A stretch of DNA of 61,928 nucleotides, filler included, from Basidiobolus ranarum (lineage: Eukaryota): NCBI GenBank assembly GCA_040143965.1. It is 7 parts of 7 records of this genome, joined end to end, with 100 filler letters (N's around TTAATTAATTAA, not from the genome) between each part and the next. Parts side by side here need not be neighbours in the genome. Positions count along the whole stretch, not along the records: positions 35,485 to 44,237 come from JASJQH010000925.1; positions 44,338 to 53,083 come from JASJQH010000926.1; positions 53,184 to 61,928 come from JASJQH010000927.1; 4 more parts are not named here. One strand, 5' to 3'. Positions 35,485-53,485 of this stretch are shown here, one piece after another. The position numbers were made by a program, and so were the translations under genes. How positions within the stretch are numbered: position 1 is the first letter of the stretch; the number at the start of each line of letters is the position of its first letter. The notes under the pieces are model-generated. The model was given only the letters and a program-made list of their open reading frames with translations, was not told the origin of the DNA and ran no database searches.

Positions 35485-37798
35485 CTGTAGAAACACCGAA
35501 GGAAGCTAAAGTTCAAAGTATATACACCACTAAGGAAATTTTTAACGACCAGCACAAGTTTGGTTACGTTGGTTTATGCTCTTTGGTTCTCTCGGAACTC
35601 GAGAATACTCTTGCCGATGACAGTGAGCTGAGTGCGGCAAGGGGAAGTTGGAACAACTTTTCAAAGAGGCTTGTACATAAACTTTTTCGACATATGGACA
35701 TAGAAGCAAAAGGTACTTGAATTGTTTTATGGTAGAACTTGGTATTGATATAGCACATCCGACTGATCTTTGATTCCTTCTAAGAGCAAGAGATGATACA
35801 TCAACTCAAATCTCACGATGTTCTGGCTGAAGATATGTGTAAATGCTTAGTGGGTGAAGGGCGAAATTTGACTGTTGAACCCCTTGCGAGTTCTCCAGGT
35901 TCGCAAAATTTCACCGATATTCAGCACTCAATTACCATCGATATTCGTTGGACTGTTATATGTGACCTGTTTCTATTGTGTATATCGGATAACATGTACG
36001 ATTCGCGAGCACGCGTTTTACTTAAGCGAGTAGCTGAGCTATTTGACTTGGATTGGTCCGAGGTGATTTACTTGGAAATGAACATTACTCAACAGTTGCA
36101 ACTGTATGAAGTTGCTGAGACTCTAAAGCACGACCGAGAATCTCTCGGGCGTAACAAACAATACAAAACGAAGAGATTGATGTTGATGGGACTAGCTGTA
36201 ACAGGTATATCAAAGTCAGCTATCTGTGCCGGTAGAGGGGCTAATGTAGATGTTGGCTGATATTTAGGGGGTAGTTTGGTTCTTGGGCTCTCTGCAGGAT
36301 TATTGGCTCCGCTAATCGGAGCGGGACTTGGTGCAGCCTTTACTGGCATAGGAGTGGGTGGGACAACTGCTTTTCTAGGGAGTACAGGTGGAATTGCATT
36401 GATTACCACTGGCGGTGCTGTGACGGGAGCCGGTGAGTTAAGCTTTATAGATTTCTTGAAATGTCTATTGGGTACTAACACTCCAGTATTTAGGAATGGC
36501 TGGTATGTATCGAGCTGATCAGTTTACCACTTAGCTTTGGTTAGATCATTCCATAATAACGTGTCGCATTTTAGGCTTTAAGATGGCGAAGAGAACCAAA
36601 GGAATTAGTACCTTTCAATTCATTCCTCAGCATGACCGTAAACGTGCAAATGTGCTGATCACCATAGGTGGATGGCTCGCTACTGATGACGATGCTACCC
36701 TTCCATTCTCAACCGTCGATCCCAATAACGGCGACCATTTCAGTTTATCTTGGGAAACGGAGGTTTTGAGAGAATTAGGAAATGCTTTGAAGATGATCGC
36801 TGGAGAAGTAATAAAGAGAAAATTGATATTTCTAGTTTGTGAATCGCTTATTAATAGAAATCTTGCTTACAGGTTGTTAGCTTTGCAACTCAACAGATAT
36901 TACAACACACCATGCTCCACGCGTTGTTGGCCGCCTTAGCATGGCCACTAGCTCTTACTAAAATTGGCTATTTAATTGATAATCCTTGGTCCATTGGGCT
37001 GGACAAAGCTCGCAAAGCAGGCCTGGTATGTTAATCATTTAATATTCCACATTATCACGCATGATTTTAAATATTCCTTTTATTCGAAATTAGGTTTTAG
37101 CAGATACTTTACTTAATCATGTACAAGGATATAGGCCCGTGAGTCTGGTTGGGTTTTCTTTGGGTGCTCGAGTAATATTCTACTGTCTACTGGAGTTATC
37201 GCGTGTTAACGCTTACGGAATAGTTGAGGATGTTTTCCTGTTTGGAACTCCTGTCACAGCTAGTACAAAACAATGGAAGCAATGTGCCAGCGTAGTTTCA
37301 GGAAGATTTGTAAACGGCTACGTAAAAAGTGACTGGGTGTTAGGTAGATATTGTTCAATAGTAGTATTATTACCTGGTTGATATATCAACATCTCTCTTT
37401 TAGGATTCTTGTACCGTGCCAGTGCTGCTGGCCGTCCCATTGCTGGCTTACAACCGGTAGCTGGTGTATCTAACCTTGAGAATATCGACCTTGCCGACAT
37501 CGTTAGTGGACATCTTCAATATCGTCCGTGCATGCCACTCTTGATGAAAAAAATGAAGATTCAAGTGAGTAAGGAAAACTTCGACGAACCGGAGCAAGAA
37601 AAAAAAGCGACTTCTTTAAAGGATAATCTTTCAATAGATGAAAATTTCGAGAAAGTCAAGCAGGAATTACAAGCAGCTGGATGCGAAGTGAAGGAAATAG
37701 AAAGCACTTTGCCAAAGCTTATTGTACAAAATGAGACTGTCAAAGATGAACCTAAAATGGATTTGGCTTTTCCTCGACCAGCTCGTTGGCGGCGTTAG
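35485..37798 (+). CDS. DUF726 / TMCO4 (Mil1-like) alpha/beta-hydrolase-like membrane protein, 5'-truncated, multi-exon
   Basis: IDIRWTVICDLFL, YDSRAR, GLSAGLLAPLIGAG, IDNPW, RPVSLVGFSLGARVIFYCL, DWVLG.LYR. Confidence 0.92.
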
Positions 37799-38091
37799 TT
37801 TTTTCCTCGGGATTTTAACGGATTAAGAATTATTTTCTTGTATTATAGTACTAATATGATGTGACTGCAATAGATTTATTAAAAATAAATTCCTGTCTTG
37901 ACTGGCCAAAAAAGGCCAGCTTTCCGAAGACAATAATAAAACCCGCTCAGGTTTCTCAAATAGATCAATTGCAAAGACAATGCATCATCCGAGTATAGAT
38001 GTGATTGAGAGATCCATCTTTATGGATAAGCCACTATTCGTTTAGCGGAAAGGTACAGGTATAACAGAACTTATTGGCACGCAATTTAGAA

Positions 38092-41657
<3,566 letters not shown>

Positions 41658-42844
41658 GGCTGCAGAAGTGACTGAAAGAGCTGAAATTGTATTGACTTGT
41701 CGATAAATAGAATAAAATAGGGAGACGTTATGGCAACTATAGCTCTAGATATCACCACATTAAATGGTATCGACGTAGCTAGGCTTGCTATATAAATGGA
41801 ACAGAGTTGGCAACACTACAAAAATCGATTTTGTCCCTTCATTCAGGGGATAAGCTTAGATCTGCTCACGTTAGATTTTAAGAAAATATTTTATGATCAA
41901 GTACAACTCAATGCTAGTCCAGGCAACTTGATCACAGCGGCTTTAGTAGTCCAATCACAACTCAGGGTAGTATATTTAAATTGAAGTGATGGTACCACAG
42001 CGACTTCATGATGAGACAAACATTTGTGACTTTTATTATTGGAAGGGTCACCAATTTACTTTTCTAGAAGCCCATCCAACTTAATAATAGCTTTGGAATT
42101 TCTTTTCATCCCTACAATGACGATCACGATTGAAACAAAGAGGTTCTATCCCTGAAAATCTGGCACGGAAACATTCTCTCATGAATAGCTGCGCCACATT
42201 AGTGGTTCAGCTGGTACATGATGAACGTATACACTGTTCAAGAGAATTTCAATTCTCAAGCCTCTCTGTCACGTTAAATCTGAGCACCAGGTGAGTGCAA
42301 TCAGTTAAGCAGAACCAAGATTCGTAGTCTATTGCGCCGATTACTATGACATACCATAGTAGCACCCCATCTTAAGATTTAACTTCTTAGAAAGACATAG
42401 ACTTCCTGGTAATTACGTGTGTGTACACTTTCAGAAGCATTCTAGTAGATGGATGGATATCTTCAGGTATCATTGAGACCATCGATATTAGTAGATTGAT
42501 AATCTAGTAATAAATCTCTGAAACCTACTTGTATGCATTGCTCATACAGTCTATTTATGGGCCTTTGAACAAGTCAGACTATGCGGTTGAATATAAGTGA
42601 AGCCTCGAGTCTGCTGAAGTTAAACCTTGGATTCTATTGCCAATACAAGTCGCTACCAGAACCTGTCTGAAGGATCAACTCACTCGTATCTTCGAATTGG
42701 CCTTGATTTGCCAGAAAGTGTAGCTAACTTACGTGAAATCCTTAACCAATGTTGGCAGGCTGCCCACTAATAGGTAACTTTCAGAATGCTAGAAACTTCG
42801 GCGATGGTCTAATACTTGACTGAACTTTTCTAGAGATCGATGAT

Positions 42845-44207
42845 ATGGAGGCCATAGACCCCAATGATGATATAATGGTAGGTGAGGAAGGGATGTTTGA
42901 ATTCGTGCTTGATGAAGAGGATATCACTCAAGAGGATTGCTGGGCTGTAGTTACTTCTTTCTTTGAGGAGAGAGGTGTAGTAAGACAACAGTTGGACTCT
43001 TTCGACGAATTCATTCAAAATACGATTCAAGATATTGTGGATGAGAATGCAAATATAGTGATAGAGTCATCATCGTATGGGTGTGACCTAAACATTGTAA
43101 ATAAATTTTGAATAGATACATATCTTCGATTTATTATCAATATTCTTTTTTCTAGACTCAGTATCAGGTGCATTTCGGGCAAATTTACCTATCCAAACCC
43201 ACAATAACTGAATCGGATGGTAGCGCCAGTCCCATATCCCCTCATGAAGCACGTTTACGTCAACTAACGTAGGAACCTATCGTAGTATATAAGCTCTTAC
43301 TTTGACTTACATAATGTAACATTATATAGATACTCTGCTCCATTGTATGTGGATATGAGAAAGTGTGTAGATTCAAATCCTAATGAAACAAGTAATCGTA
43401 GACTCACAGGGCACTCATCTCTGAGCAGTACAACGGAGCAATACGACAAAATGTTCATCGGGAAGGTGGGCAGTCTCTTGAAGTCACTGTATTAAATTTA
43501 CTCCAATTGATCCGCCTATTTGCTTCACTTAGATTCCCATCATGCTACGCTCTTCTTTTTGTATTCTCGCAGGACTAGAAGAAGCAGATCTACACAATCT
43601 AGATGAATGTCCTTATGATCAGGTTAATTTGAGTAGCATTCCTTAACGATTCACCTATATTGAGCGACTTTATTAGGGAGGCTATTTTATTGTTAACGGA
43701 TCAGAGAAGGTTCTTATTGCACAAGAGCGAACCGCGGCCAATAAGGTTTACGTTTTTGCAAAAGCCCCTCCATCACCATACAAGTTTGTGGCAGAGGTCA
43801 AAAGTGCCACTCGTAAAGGGTTCAAATTGGCTAACTCGGTTTCTGTACGAATGCTGGCCAGTCATACGAACAAAGGGGTAATTATTGCTTATACTTCAAT
43901 ATTTCAGTGGTAATTTTCATCAATATATTACTTAAATCGGATCTAGGTGTCTGGCCAATACATACGGATAAATCTTCCTTACATCAAGCAAGATATCCCT
44001 ATCGTGGTTGTCTTTAGAGCTTTTGGGGTTTTAGCTGACAGTGATATATTAGACCATATTTGTTATGACAAAAATGATTCCTTAATGCTTGAATGTATGA
44101 AACCATGTATTGAAGAAGCCTTTGTCATCCAAGATATGGAAGTAGCTTTAGATTTCATAGGGAGGAGAGGTATTTATGTCGGGGTTACCCAAGAAAAAAG
44201 AATTAGG
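42845..44207 (+). CDS. RPB2: RNA polymerase II second-largest subunit, 5' part (cut by the contig end), multi-exon
   Basis: [96 protein letters not shown]. Confidence 0.95.
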
Positions 44208-44237
44208 TAGACATATACGCTTTACCCTCTTTTTAAA

Positions 44238-44337
44238 NNNNNNNNNNNNNNNNNNNNNNNNNNNNNNNNNNNNNNNNNNNNTTAATTAATTAANNNNNNN
44301 NNNNNNNNNNNNNNNNNNNNNNNNNNNNNNNNNNNNN
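44238..44337. other. Artificial contig linker
   Basis: N44-TTAATTAATTAA-N44. Confidence 0.97.
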
Positions 44338-45244
44338 GGTGCCAGTAGAACATCTGGAAATAAACGCGGGCCAAAGGTATTCCGTATTGGTGGTGACCAA
44401 CCAGTCAATTGACAATTACTTTATGAAAGCTAGTGCTAGATTCCGTGCATCAACTCCCGAAAATGGTCTCTCTATCCTCCACTACGAAAGAGCAACAAAC
44501 CCAGCAGTCAATATCCGCCCTGCACCTGAAAAGATTCCCAATATTCCATCTGGTACACCATTTTGGGAGTTCAATAAATTCAAGATGCTACCACGACATG
44601 CACTACCTAGCCAGTTAAATCATCCCAGCTTCCCTGGCCATTATGATCGAGAGATTCTTATGACCACTTCACAGCGTAAACTTGATGATGGATCAATCCG
44701 TATGTACCTCAATAACATTACTTTTGAAGAGCCTATGTCTCCTGTTCTGCTAGATTTATATGATGGGCAGAGATCTCGACACCCCAGCTACCACACGGTG
44801 GATCGCATTGATGGGTACGATGTTACCAGAAGAACCATTCCAGTGAAATTGAATGAAGTCATTCAGATTGTTATTCAAAATACAGCTACTACGACAGGAC
44901 GTTGTGACCAGCACCCATTCCACTTACATGGACACTCATTCTTCGACATAGGAGGAGGAAACGGGCTCTACTCTCCTATAGAGTTATCACGTCAAGTTGA
45001 GAATTCCTCAACACCACTGCTTCGAGATGTCATATCTGTCTATCCAGAACGTGATGATAAAAATCTAAAATATTCACCCGGGACTCCTTGTGGGTGGCGT
45101 GCGTTCCGATTCATCGCAGATAACCCTGGAGTGTGGATATTCCATTGTCATGTCACTGCGCATATGATGTTAGGGATGCAAACAGTATTCGAAGTTGGAA
45201 TAGAAAACTTGAATTATAATTCGGTATATCTGCCTACTCCTTAA
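44338..45244 (+). CDS. Multicopper oxidase (ascorbate-oxidase-like), C-terminal part
   Basis: GQRYSVL, HPFHLHGH, ADNPGVWIFHCHVTAHMMLGM with axial Met. Confidence 0.93.
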
Positions 45245-46092
45245 GTATTGATGTTTATGCTTTTTTTCTCTACAATATTTCTTTGTCTACTTGAATAATG
45301 CATGGAACTGCTTCTTCAGTCTTTGTTCTCTCCCCTCTCAAAATAAATCTGGTCGTTACTTTGCTCTGATTTCACCTTGAGGTATCAATCCATTCTGAAG
45401 ACAATTGTTTAGTAAATTCTCCATGCTATGGTGTAGAATAAATACTATTCTTCTCTACTCAACAATGGTGCCCTCAGTAGGAAGAGAGAATGCCATTTCC
45501 CACTCTTTGGACGAAAAAGGGATTACTTCTACCTCATAGAATAGGTATCTTTTATAGTGTTTTAGGAGATAGAAACAGAATATCTCATTTGTAAATCAGA
45601 AATATATGCGCAATACTGAAGTTTAAACTGAAAAGGATCGAAATGAAGATCAAATAATTGCTTATTAATCGACACCATTCTCACAAATGTATATAATTTA
45701 TAATATGAAAAGATAAATCAAAACTTAGGACATCTTAGATTACAATTTTACTCAAGTTCCCTAAATTATCCATTTCAGATGAGAATTTCATTCAGAATAA
45801 TTTTGGATCTCAACCATAGACATCTATATTATGGTGCTACATCATTTCGTACCAGATCAAAATATATATATCACTGCGTCATTCAGATGAGCCCTTGATC
45901 TTTCTTCCAAACCACAAAGAAGCAAGTCTAATATATTTCGAGGCCTAAGTACAATCAGAGGAAGTGAGATGGCTATAGTGATCCTAGGCAGACATCGAAC
46001 AATAGAGAAAACCATGATGTGCAATGTAAGGTATATGTAAAATTAGACTTAAAGAATAGTGTTTAGGTTTGGAAGTCTTTTTAAAAAAGAGC

Positions 46093-48070
46093 TCAACTGT
46101 CCGTAACGAGTTGTCTTTGAACAGTTAACAACAAAGAGTCTATTTCCTCATAACTTCCATTGTTTGCGGTAAATCTACGGTGGCTACGTGAATCAATATG
46201 CTACATATGATGCTAAGCGTGAGTAAATGCTTAGGAGAAAGTAGATATGATACATACATACCTCCTCCAAATCATTGAATTTGAGCCGACAATTCTCACA
46301 ATACCCAGGTTTACGGGCCACCTTGGTCGGTGGAGATGGCATCCTTTTAGAAGAATCGAGCGCCATTTGCTTCCACATACCTACCTTTTTAATGCTCTTA
46401 CCAGGGTCTGATGCGTTTTTCTTAAATTTATCAACATCTTTGGGTTGGAGACAACTCATAATCCTGTCTCTTCTAGTCGCGGAGATATATGCGCAAGTGA
46501 ATGAATTCACCATACCAGAGGCATTGGAATTGATAATATTGTTCAAATTGGTATCATAAGAGGGATCTCGCTTAAATGTAGGTGTATATAACTTTTTCGG
46601 GGAAGCAGTCATGAGTTCTTCATATGCAATAAACGGGCAACGTCCCTCTATATTGCGGTATATTTTTGGCCAAGGAGGATCCTGTCCGTCAGCTGGGGGT
46701 GCAAATTCACCAATCATGACAGTCCTATATGTTCGAGTAGTATCTTCAACAAGTAGGAAGATTTTCTTGAAAATATGAATATCTGGTACGAAACTGCTTA
46801 GATGTCCGGCACGCGTGCATAGTTCATAGGTCTTCTCGTCTCGTAAAACATCGGCAAGACTTCGGTTCGTTTGTATCAGAGTCGACAAAGGGGTGTGCAG
46901 CAAATGCTTTAATATGTTGTTTAGCTCTGAATTTTGTCTAGTTAAGGTATTATCAAACAGCATGTGGAAGAATACCATTTGGGTTTGTAAAAGGATACTG
47001 TCGATACTCCATACTTTCATTCCCCATTGCCGACCTTTGTTGATGATATTGGCTTTGGAGCTTGAAGCACCGAATACTGGTTGGCTAACCTATGTTAGTA
47101 CACTATTTAGTATGTTTTGAGAGTGGAGGATTTGGTATATACGGGGTACTGTACCTTTCCGGGGGAATATATTTTCAATCCCTGGCTCTTTCGAATCCTA
47201 TATTTGTTGATAATGAGTCAATTCCAAATGTCGAGCAGTTATAAACCGATATTCAAAACTGACTTGGAGGCTGAGGATGGTATGATGCTGGTTAGTGAAG
47301 GGTTCAGTGATATTCGATTTTTCAATTCTTGGATTGTTTGTTCAGCCCGTGGTTCAATGCTATTTGCTATACCTTTTGACTTTCGACTAGCCTTAGATAA
47401 ATTACGAATATTACTTTGATCAGGACCTTGGGCAAATACTTCAGATGTATCCAGAGGTAGACGAGGTGAGATAATTGTCGGTACATCTATGTTACGTAAT
47501 TCTTTTTCTAGAGGGGGGATGGATCCAGTACAAATAAGGTGAGTGACCTTGGTTGAAAAAAAACATTCAACTCCCTAAAAAGCAAAGAAAAAATCATTTA
47601 CTCAGTGAACAGCGTTGCTTCCATTAACCATTCAAAAACCTTACTCCGCCTAACAATCTGATCTTGTTTACAAATGACCTCTGCAACCTTTCATCGACCT
47701 GATCGAAGTAAAATGAAAAAGACGGGAAAGCTTTTCGATACGTCCTAATCCAGTGGGATAGCTCAGACCCTACTGTACTAGCTATTGGAGTACAAGTTTC
47801 TCCATTAGTATGTAAATACTTACTCTGGAGGGTCGGGTTTTTTGGTAGTATGGTATGTAATTCATTGGGGGTTGGAGCCGAGAAAAGTTGGTTCTCGGTA
47901 CTAAAGCTTATTCGACGTCTCTTTTTGCATATCTCAGGAACTTCAAGTATCATGGCATGAGTTTTACATGCCATACTATTAGGAATGTTACGTTCATTTG
48001 GTAAGCTTACTTTCAGGGCTGAATTGGCGGTATTGTTTTTATCGTCAGTAGCTATTCTCTTTGATTCCAT
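46093..48070 (-). CDS. DBF4: Dbf4/Dfp1 regulatory subunit of Cdc7 kinase, multi-exon
   Basis: Motif N: YRKAFPSFSFYFD..LGG|VECFFSTKVTHLI, QWGMKVWS. Motif M: LLVEDTTRTYRTVMIGEF. Motif C: KPGYCENCRLKFNDLEE|HIDSRSHRRF. Confidence 0.9.
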
Positions 48071-49826
48071 GCTCGACAGACTGCACAAATGAGAGACGGG
48101 TTCCACTAAGCTTGACTAAATTTACAACCAGATATTTCATTCAGTACTGAGTACTAGTATATTTCGGTTTTATTCACAACTCTACTCTTTATGCTTCCAT
48201 TATTAAGATTTAATTTGACAACTAAGAACAACTGACTATTGAGATAATCAGGTTATTGTCCAAAATAAACCAACTGTCTGTAGCATTGTAAGTTATTTCA
48301 ATCAAACAGCCTTTATTCAATGATAAGACCCCTTGAACACCAGCCCTTTCTAACCAATAAAGCCATTGATGTGTAAACCGAGGATATACATGATTTGCAA
48401 CGAGCAGTCAACATCAATTGAGCGACCTCAAACTCAAATCTATAAAGGATTGGATTGTCTCTTTGATGAAACTGAAGTATGGCCAAGAAAGACTCTTTGT
48501 AGGAAACCAGTACATTGCATCAGAATTACCACGAAAGTGCAGGTGGAGCTCTAGATTAAAACCTCATACAGATCTTCACAAATCCGTACCATGCAGCAAC
48601 AAACGTAGAGCGCAAAAACCGATTCCATATGGAGTTGGTTATACAACGAGTATGATGCCAGGGAACTCGAGGATTCCTCATAACTATGGTGATCAACGAT
48701 ACTTCAAATTTGAGGGACGTTATCTATGCTTATGGGCATGATGTTCCATGCGCTCCCATCTGGTTGCAACCAACCTGAACAAAGATGCCAGCTCAGGTTT
48801 AACGATTGTTTCCGGCAGGGATCCGATAAGGGCCTTGTGTGAGCTGAATTAGCGATGGTTAAATGTAATCTGGTTTGGAACCTATGGCTTAAGCAAGAAT
48901 AAGAATGTTTAGTATTTTGCAGAGTAGGCCAGTCAACGTCTTTCTGATTTATATTAAATTCCAGGATTCATAGTTTGAGGTATTTCTATACTAATCTGAA
49001 CAAGTCCAGTCCTGTTATGCCTCACTATTCTGGCGTAAGTGACGTTCATTCCCAACCCGCGGTGTCACTGGCCTGCAATGGCGATACTGAAGCATCCGCA
49101 TCCGAGTCGAAGGGGAAAGCTGTGGAGAAACGTAGAAGCTCTTCGTGAAGAGCTATCTTCTTCCCTGCTGCTTCTGAGTAATGGCTATTGAAACGCAGCC
49201 TGACAACCATCGTCAGATGCATCATGATATTGGCAATGTGAGAGAAAAAAGCCTAGTGTGTGGTACAAATGCCCATTTCCTATACAGGATTGGGTGCAGT
49301 TCCCTTTTTAAGATTAGTTGCGAATACGTCCACATTGCCAACGCTCAGATGATGATAGAATTGTTTCACTGTAGATCTAATGGATGCCATCTATGTCCTT
49401 GAGTAAATGATCTCGATACTTTAGCGCAGAACACTCTATTTACCATGGGAGCATTCTGGCAGAATATTCGCAGCTATCACAAAACTTGACGATGATTTGG
49501 TATGTAACATTGAACGAAACCATGGAACACAATCATACCAATTACCGAAAAAGGTAAAAGTGCGAAAAGAGTCGTCACTTAATTTGAACTAAATACATGG
49601 AGTCGATGAAGAATTTGAATTCCACAAAGTCTAATTGTATTAGACTCTCCTTGCGTTCTTTACTCTTGACTTCGGTTCTCGTCAAGAATAGTCCACCCTA
49701 GTTAGCACATCTAATCTCTTTTGTAAATACAAAGTCGACCTTTGTCATCGGTCCTAAATCTCCTATCCAAGTGACTCATTCAGGTTACTTGTCAACAAAT
49801 TACGTGCGCTATACCTCAATAAAACC

Positions 49827-52327
49827 ATGATTTCTAACAAAGAAACTAAGACTTTATTTGAAACGCCCCAACCCCCGCCATACACTCGGAACTCACCCGA
49901 GCAGAATCGAGCTACGACCGCCGCCACTTTCACCCGACCTTTATCGCCAAATCAACGTCCAAATTCCGTATGTGTTGACCTGAGCGATGTGAATTTCACA
50001 TCTACGCTTGACCGAAAAACTATAGCCCAGGCAGCGGAAGCTCGTAAACGTTTCTCGGCAATTACTCTTACTCGTCGTTCTTCGAGACTTACTCTTTCTG
50101 TAACTATTGAAGAAATGGCTACATGGGGAACTCAAGAGGAGCAGATACCTCTTAATACCAGCAACCCTGATATATATTATGGTAATCTTATTGTAAGAAT
50201 GTTACTGCATAGACTGTGACTAACATATTTAATCTACTGTAGACGATATGTATGCTGAAAATATAAGCAATGATAATACGTTGCAGTCAATTGAGAACAG
50301 TTCGAGTGAAATCCTTGTAAATGCACTGGAGCAAAGTCCAACACTAGGGTAATGATACGCACTACCTTTCCTGAAATTCCAAATGACTAAAATTCAAGAA
50401 ATTATCTTTCGTAGTGACTGTAACTACGATTTTTCCTTCAACAAGATCATCGATTTTTGTTTCATTGGTAAGCCCATTGATATGGCGTTAAGGTGGATAC
50501 TGCAATTTCATTTGTCTGATGTCAAGTGATTTTACTAACGAATCCTCCATTCCGTTCAATTTTCGAAATCATAGGAAATTCCTTGCATACTACGACCTTC
50601 CCAAAGAGGCTCAGCAAATTGATAGAGTAATGCAAGCGTTTTCTTTAAAATATCATTCGGAGAATCCACACCTTTTCCTCCATCCAGGTAAGCATTTTGT
50701 ATAGAATTGTTCCGTGCGCTCCTTGAATGGGATGTATTGACTCTCTTTGAAGACATTGTTTATTCGGTAGCATTTTCGCTGATGCTTTTACACACCGACG
50801 CACATAACAAGCATGTTAAGCGGAAGATGTCGAAGCAACAATATGTTCGTCAAACGCGAATGGTAGAGCAGGGAGATATCATTGCCCCGGAAATTCTAGA
50901 GGTACCAAAGAATATCAACTTTTAGATGTATGCGGCATTTTGCTAAAAGAACTCCTTCCCTTCTAGATCCTATATGATAATATAACCACAGTCGAGTTCT
51001 CACATGGTGATCTGTTTAGCCCAAATAACAAATCCAAGTCTTCAAGAGCTTCTTGGTTTCGTAAGATATTGGAAAAAAACCCCACCGTTCGAAGCCCATA
51101 CGATGTAATGTATCATGAGTTCCATTGATAGGAGCAACTAAGAATATTCACGCGTTACTTGCCATGACTATTATTGTAGGTATCCACCAAATATGAGACT
51201 GACATGCTGGCATCCAAAGTGAGCGTGTTTGAACCAGAACGTTGTCAATACAGCTATCGTGGTTGCCAATCGATCATTAGAGAGGCATTTCTTAAAACCG
51301 CCTTCCGACTGAAAAGTAGTTCGATCGTGGCCTCCTCTTTGCCCAATCACTTGGAAACCAATGACTCTCAGAACTTACCCTCATTCAAGATTTTCCATGA
51401 GAATGATGATCCATTCTCCATTCTCAAGTGCATCAAGGCTGGTCCTCTCCGACGAAAGTGTGACCTTACACATGGTGGAAAACGAGCCAATATCCGTAGC
51501 TGGAAACCCCTATGGATGGTCTTGAGCGGTAACCAACTAATCTTTTTTCCAGAAGGGCTATCTAAAGATTCGAAGCGGACGAGCTCCCATATTTTGGATA
51601 CGGTAAGTCCTGTCCACGCTTTATATTCCCCTCCAGAGAATAGCTGAACCAATGCATGGTATTCAATAGAATCGAATCTCCTCCATCAAGCCTCATTCGA
51701 CCATCTCAATAGACAATTGCATAGGTTTGATAGATAGAGATTACAATACATACCCGTATGTCTTTCGGTTCGTTACTCCAAACAAACAGCAATACTTGTT
51801 TCGATTCGATTCGGAGCGAGAAATGATCGATTGGATGGCGAAGATTAACTATGTAGCTACCTTTTCGACGATTGAACTCAAACCACGCGGTGACGAACTA
51901 GTGAAAATGAAAATTCTCGAGTTTTCATCTTCTGAAATCGCTGAAAACGAGCTTCAAAGACGTATCTTGGTTCAGGTAATTCGCTAACCATATCATACTG
52001 CTATTTCATCTAATCAATTGACACCCACGAACTTCTCAGAATCATATCGAAGAGTTTAATAACCGCATCATCAAATGCCAAATACAGCTAGATAACAATA
52101 GTCGTCTGCAGAGACAAATATCTGTGATGATTCCAATCCAGCGACGGACCCAACAGAAGGCCATCGATACCGCTGCTGATATTTCTCGTCGTCTGAAAGA
52201 AACCTACTTGGAGGTACAGAAATGGCAATGCTATAAGGAGATCCTCGAAGCGGATCTGGTGATAACTGAGATGATCTTGGAGAGATGCCATGGACCAAAA
52301 CAATTAGTGTGTAAACCCAATGCCTAA
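49827..52327 (+). CDS. Sec7-PH domain Arf guanine-nucleotide exchange factor (Syt1/EFA6-like), multi-exon
   Basis: LPKEAQQIDRVM (glutamic finger), AFSLMLLHTDAHN, PH domain AGPLRRK...RSWKPLWMVLSGNQL...EMIDWMAKINY. Confidence 0.9.
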
Positions 52328-52637
52328 AATCATCAATACTATTCCATCGTATCTGTTTATATTTAGCATGCATCTCGCACGTATACTATGTGCACAATTA
52401 TGTAAGGTATTATTCAATTCATCACCAGTGCTAAACCTTACCATAATAAAGTGAACTGAAAATACGCAGCGAATTTACTGAATTTGACTTTATTCATTTG
52501 TACAAATTGGGTTAGTACAAGGGGAACATCAATATTTGACTGCTATAAGTGATAAAGTTATTGGTTGCTACCTATCTTAGCTTACTTGTGATCATGACTG
52601 TAAGTAAGCAGTGGAGATTGAACTTTGTACAAGATGT

Positions 52638-53083
52638 TTAGTAATTATGTCTTGTTGTGTCATGAATATGTTGTACTCTGGGCTCTTCCATGTCGTATGC
52701 CCGAGATCCCCATTCAGGATTAGGGTTCTTCGATAGACGAGTCGCGCTGTCAGTTATACTGCCTGAATTAGATTTGGCCTTGGCATTTTCAATGTTGTTC
52801 ATTAATTGCTCGTCCATCTTCATCATGATCTCTTGCATTTTAATGGGCACTTGCTCTTCGATAACTTTCCTTACCTTCGAATTGATGATTGGTGAAAGTA
52901 TCTTGTAAAGCATGTCCCTTTTAGAGTCATGGATCTTAAGTTTAAGGTCCTTCGCAGTAGTACGAATATCTCGTACAACATACACATGACTACGACCAGT
53001 AACTGGATCAGGTGTAGGTGTTGTATTCAACGTCATGTCCATGGTTATACCATCTTCTGGCATCAGAAGATCAACATATCCTA
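52638..53083 (-). CDS. C-terminal fragment of a HAM1/DUF4449-like protein
   Basis: LKLKIHDSKRDMLYKILSP resembles the family's C-terminal motif as recalled; ORF is open to the contig end. Confidence 0.55.
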
Positions 53084-53183
53084 NNNNNNNNNNNNNNNNN
53101 NNNNNNNNNNNNNNNNNNNNNNNNNNNTTAATTAATTAANNNNNNNNNNNNNNNNNNNNNNNNNNNNNNNNNNNNNNNNNNNN
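53084..53183. other. Artificial contig linker
   Basis: N44-TTAATTAATTAA-N44. Confidence 0.97.
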
Positions 53184-53485
53184 TAGTGCACGGTTCTTTT
53201 CTATCCATCCTTTACGATCACTCTCATATTCCCTCTCATGCGATACTTCACCCTTTGGTAGAGGAACCGTTGGTGCCTGTCATAAGCAAAGATACATTTT
53301 ATGTCAGATACCTGTGGTGTTAGGAGGGGATGCTGAAAAGATAAGCTGTTTACCTCCGCAAAAGATTTGTATACTGGTGTAGGGGTGCTCTTAGCAGCAA
53401 GAAAAGCAATCACAGCTACTCCAGCACCCACTGTAATGGCTTCCAACAAATGAGCGAATACGTTTCCTGATGAAACAGTAAGCAT
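53184..53485 (-). CDS. Probable cytochrome P450 N-terminus (2 exons, cut by the contig end)
   Basis: ATG 53485; TM anchor AITVGAGVAVIAFLAAK; phase-0 intron 53353-53277 (GTAAAC...ACAG); then Pro-rich APTVPLPKGEVSHEREYESDRKGWIEK, open to the contig end. Confidence 0.6.

Noticed and set aside
48366-49402. Small ORFs and a short hairpin (AGCTCTTCGTGAAGAGCT, about 49137) between DBF4 and the Sec7 gene
   Set aside because: No recognisable domain, coding bias or RNA-family signature.
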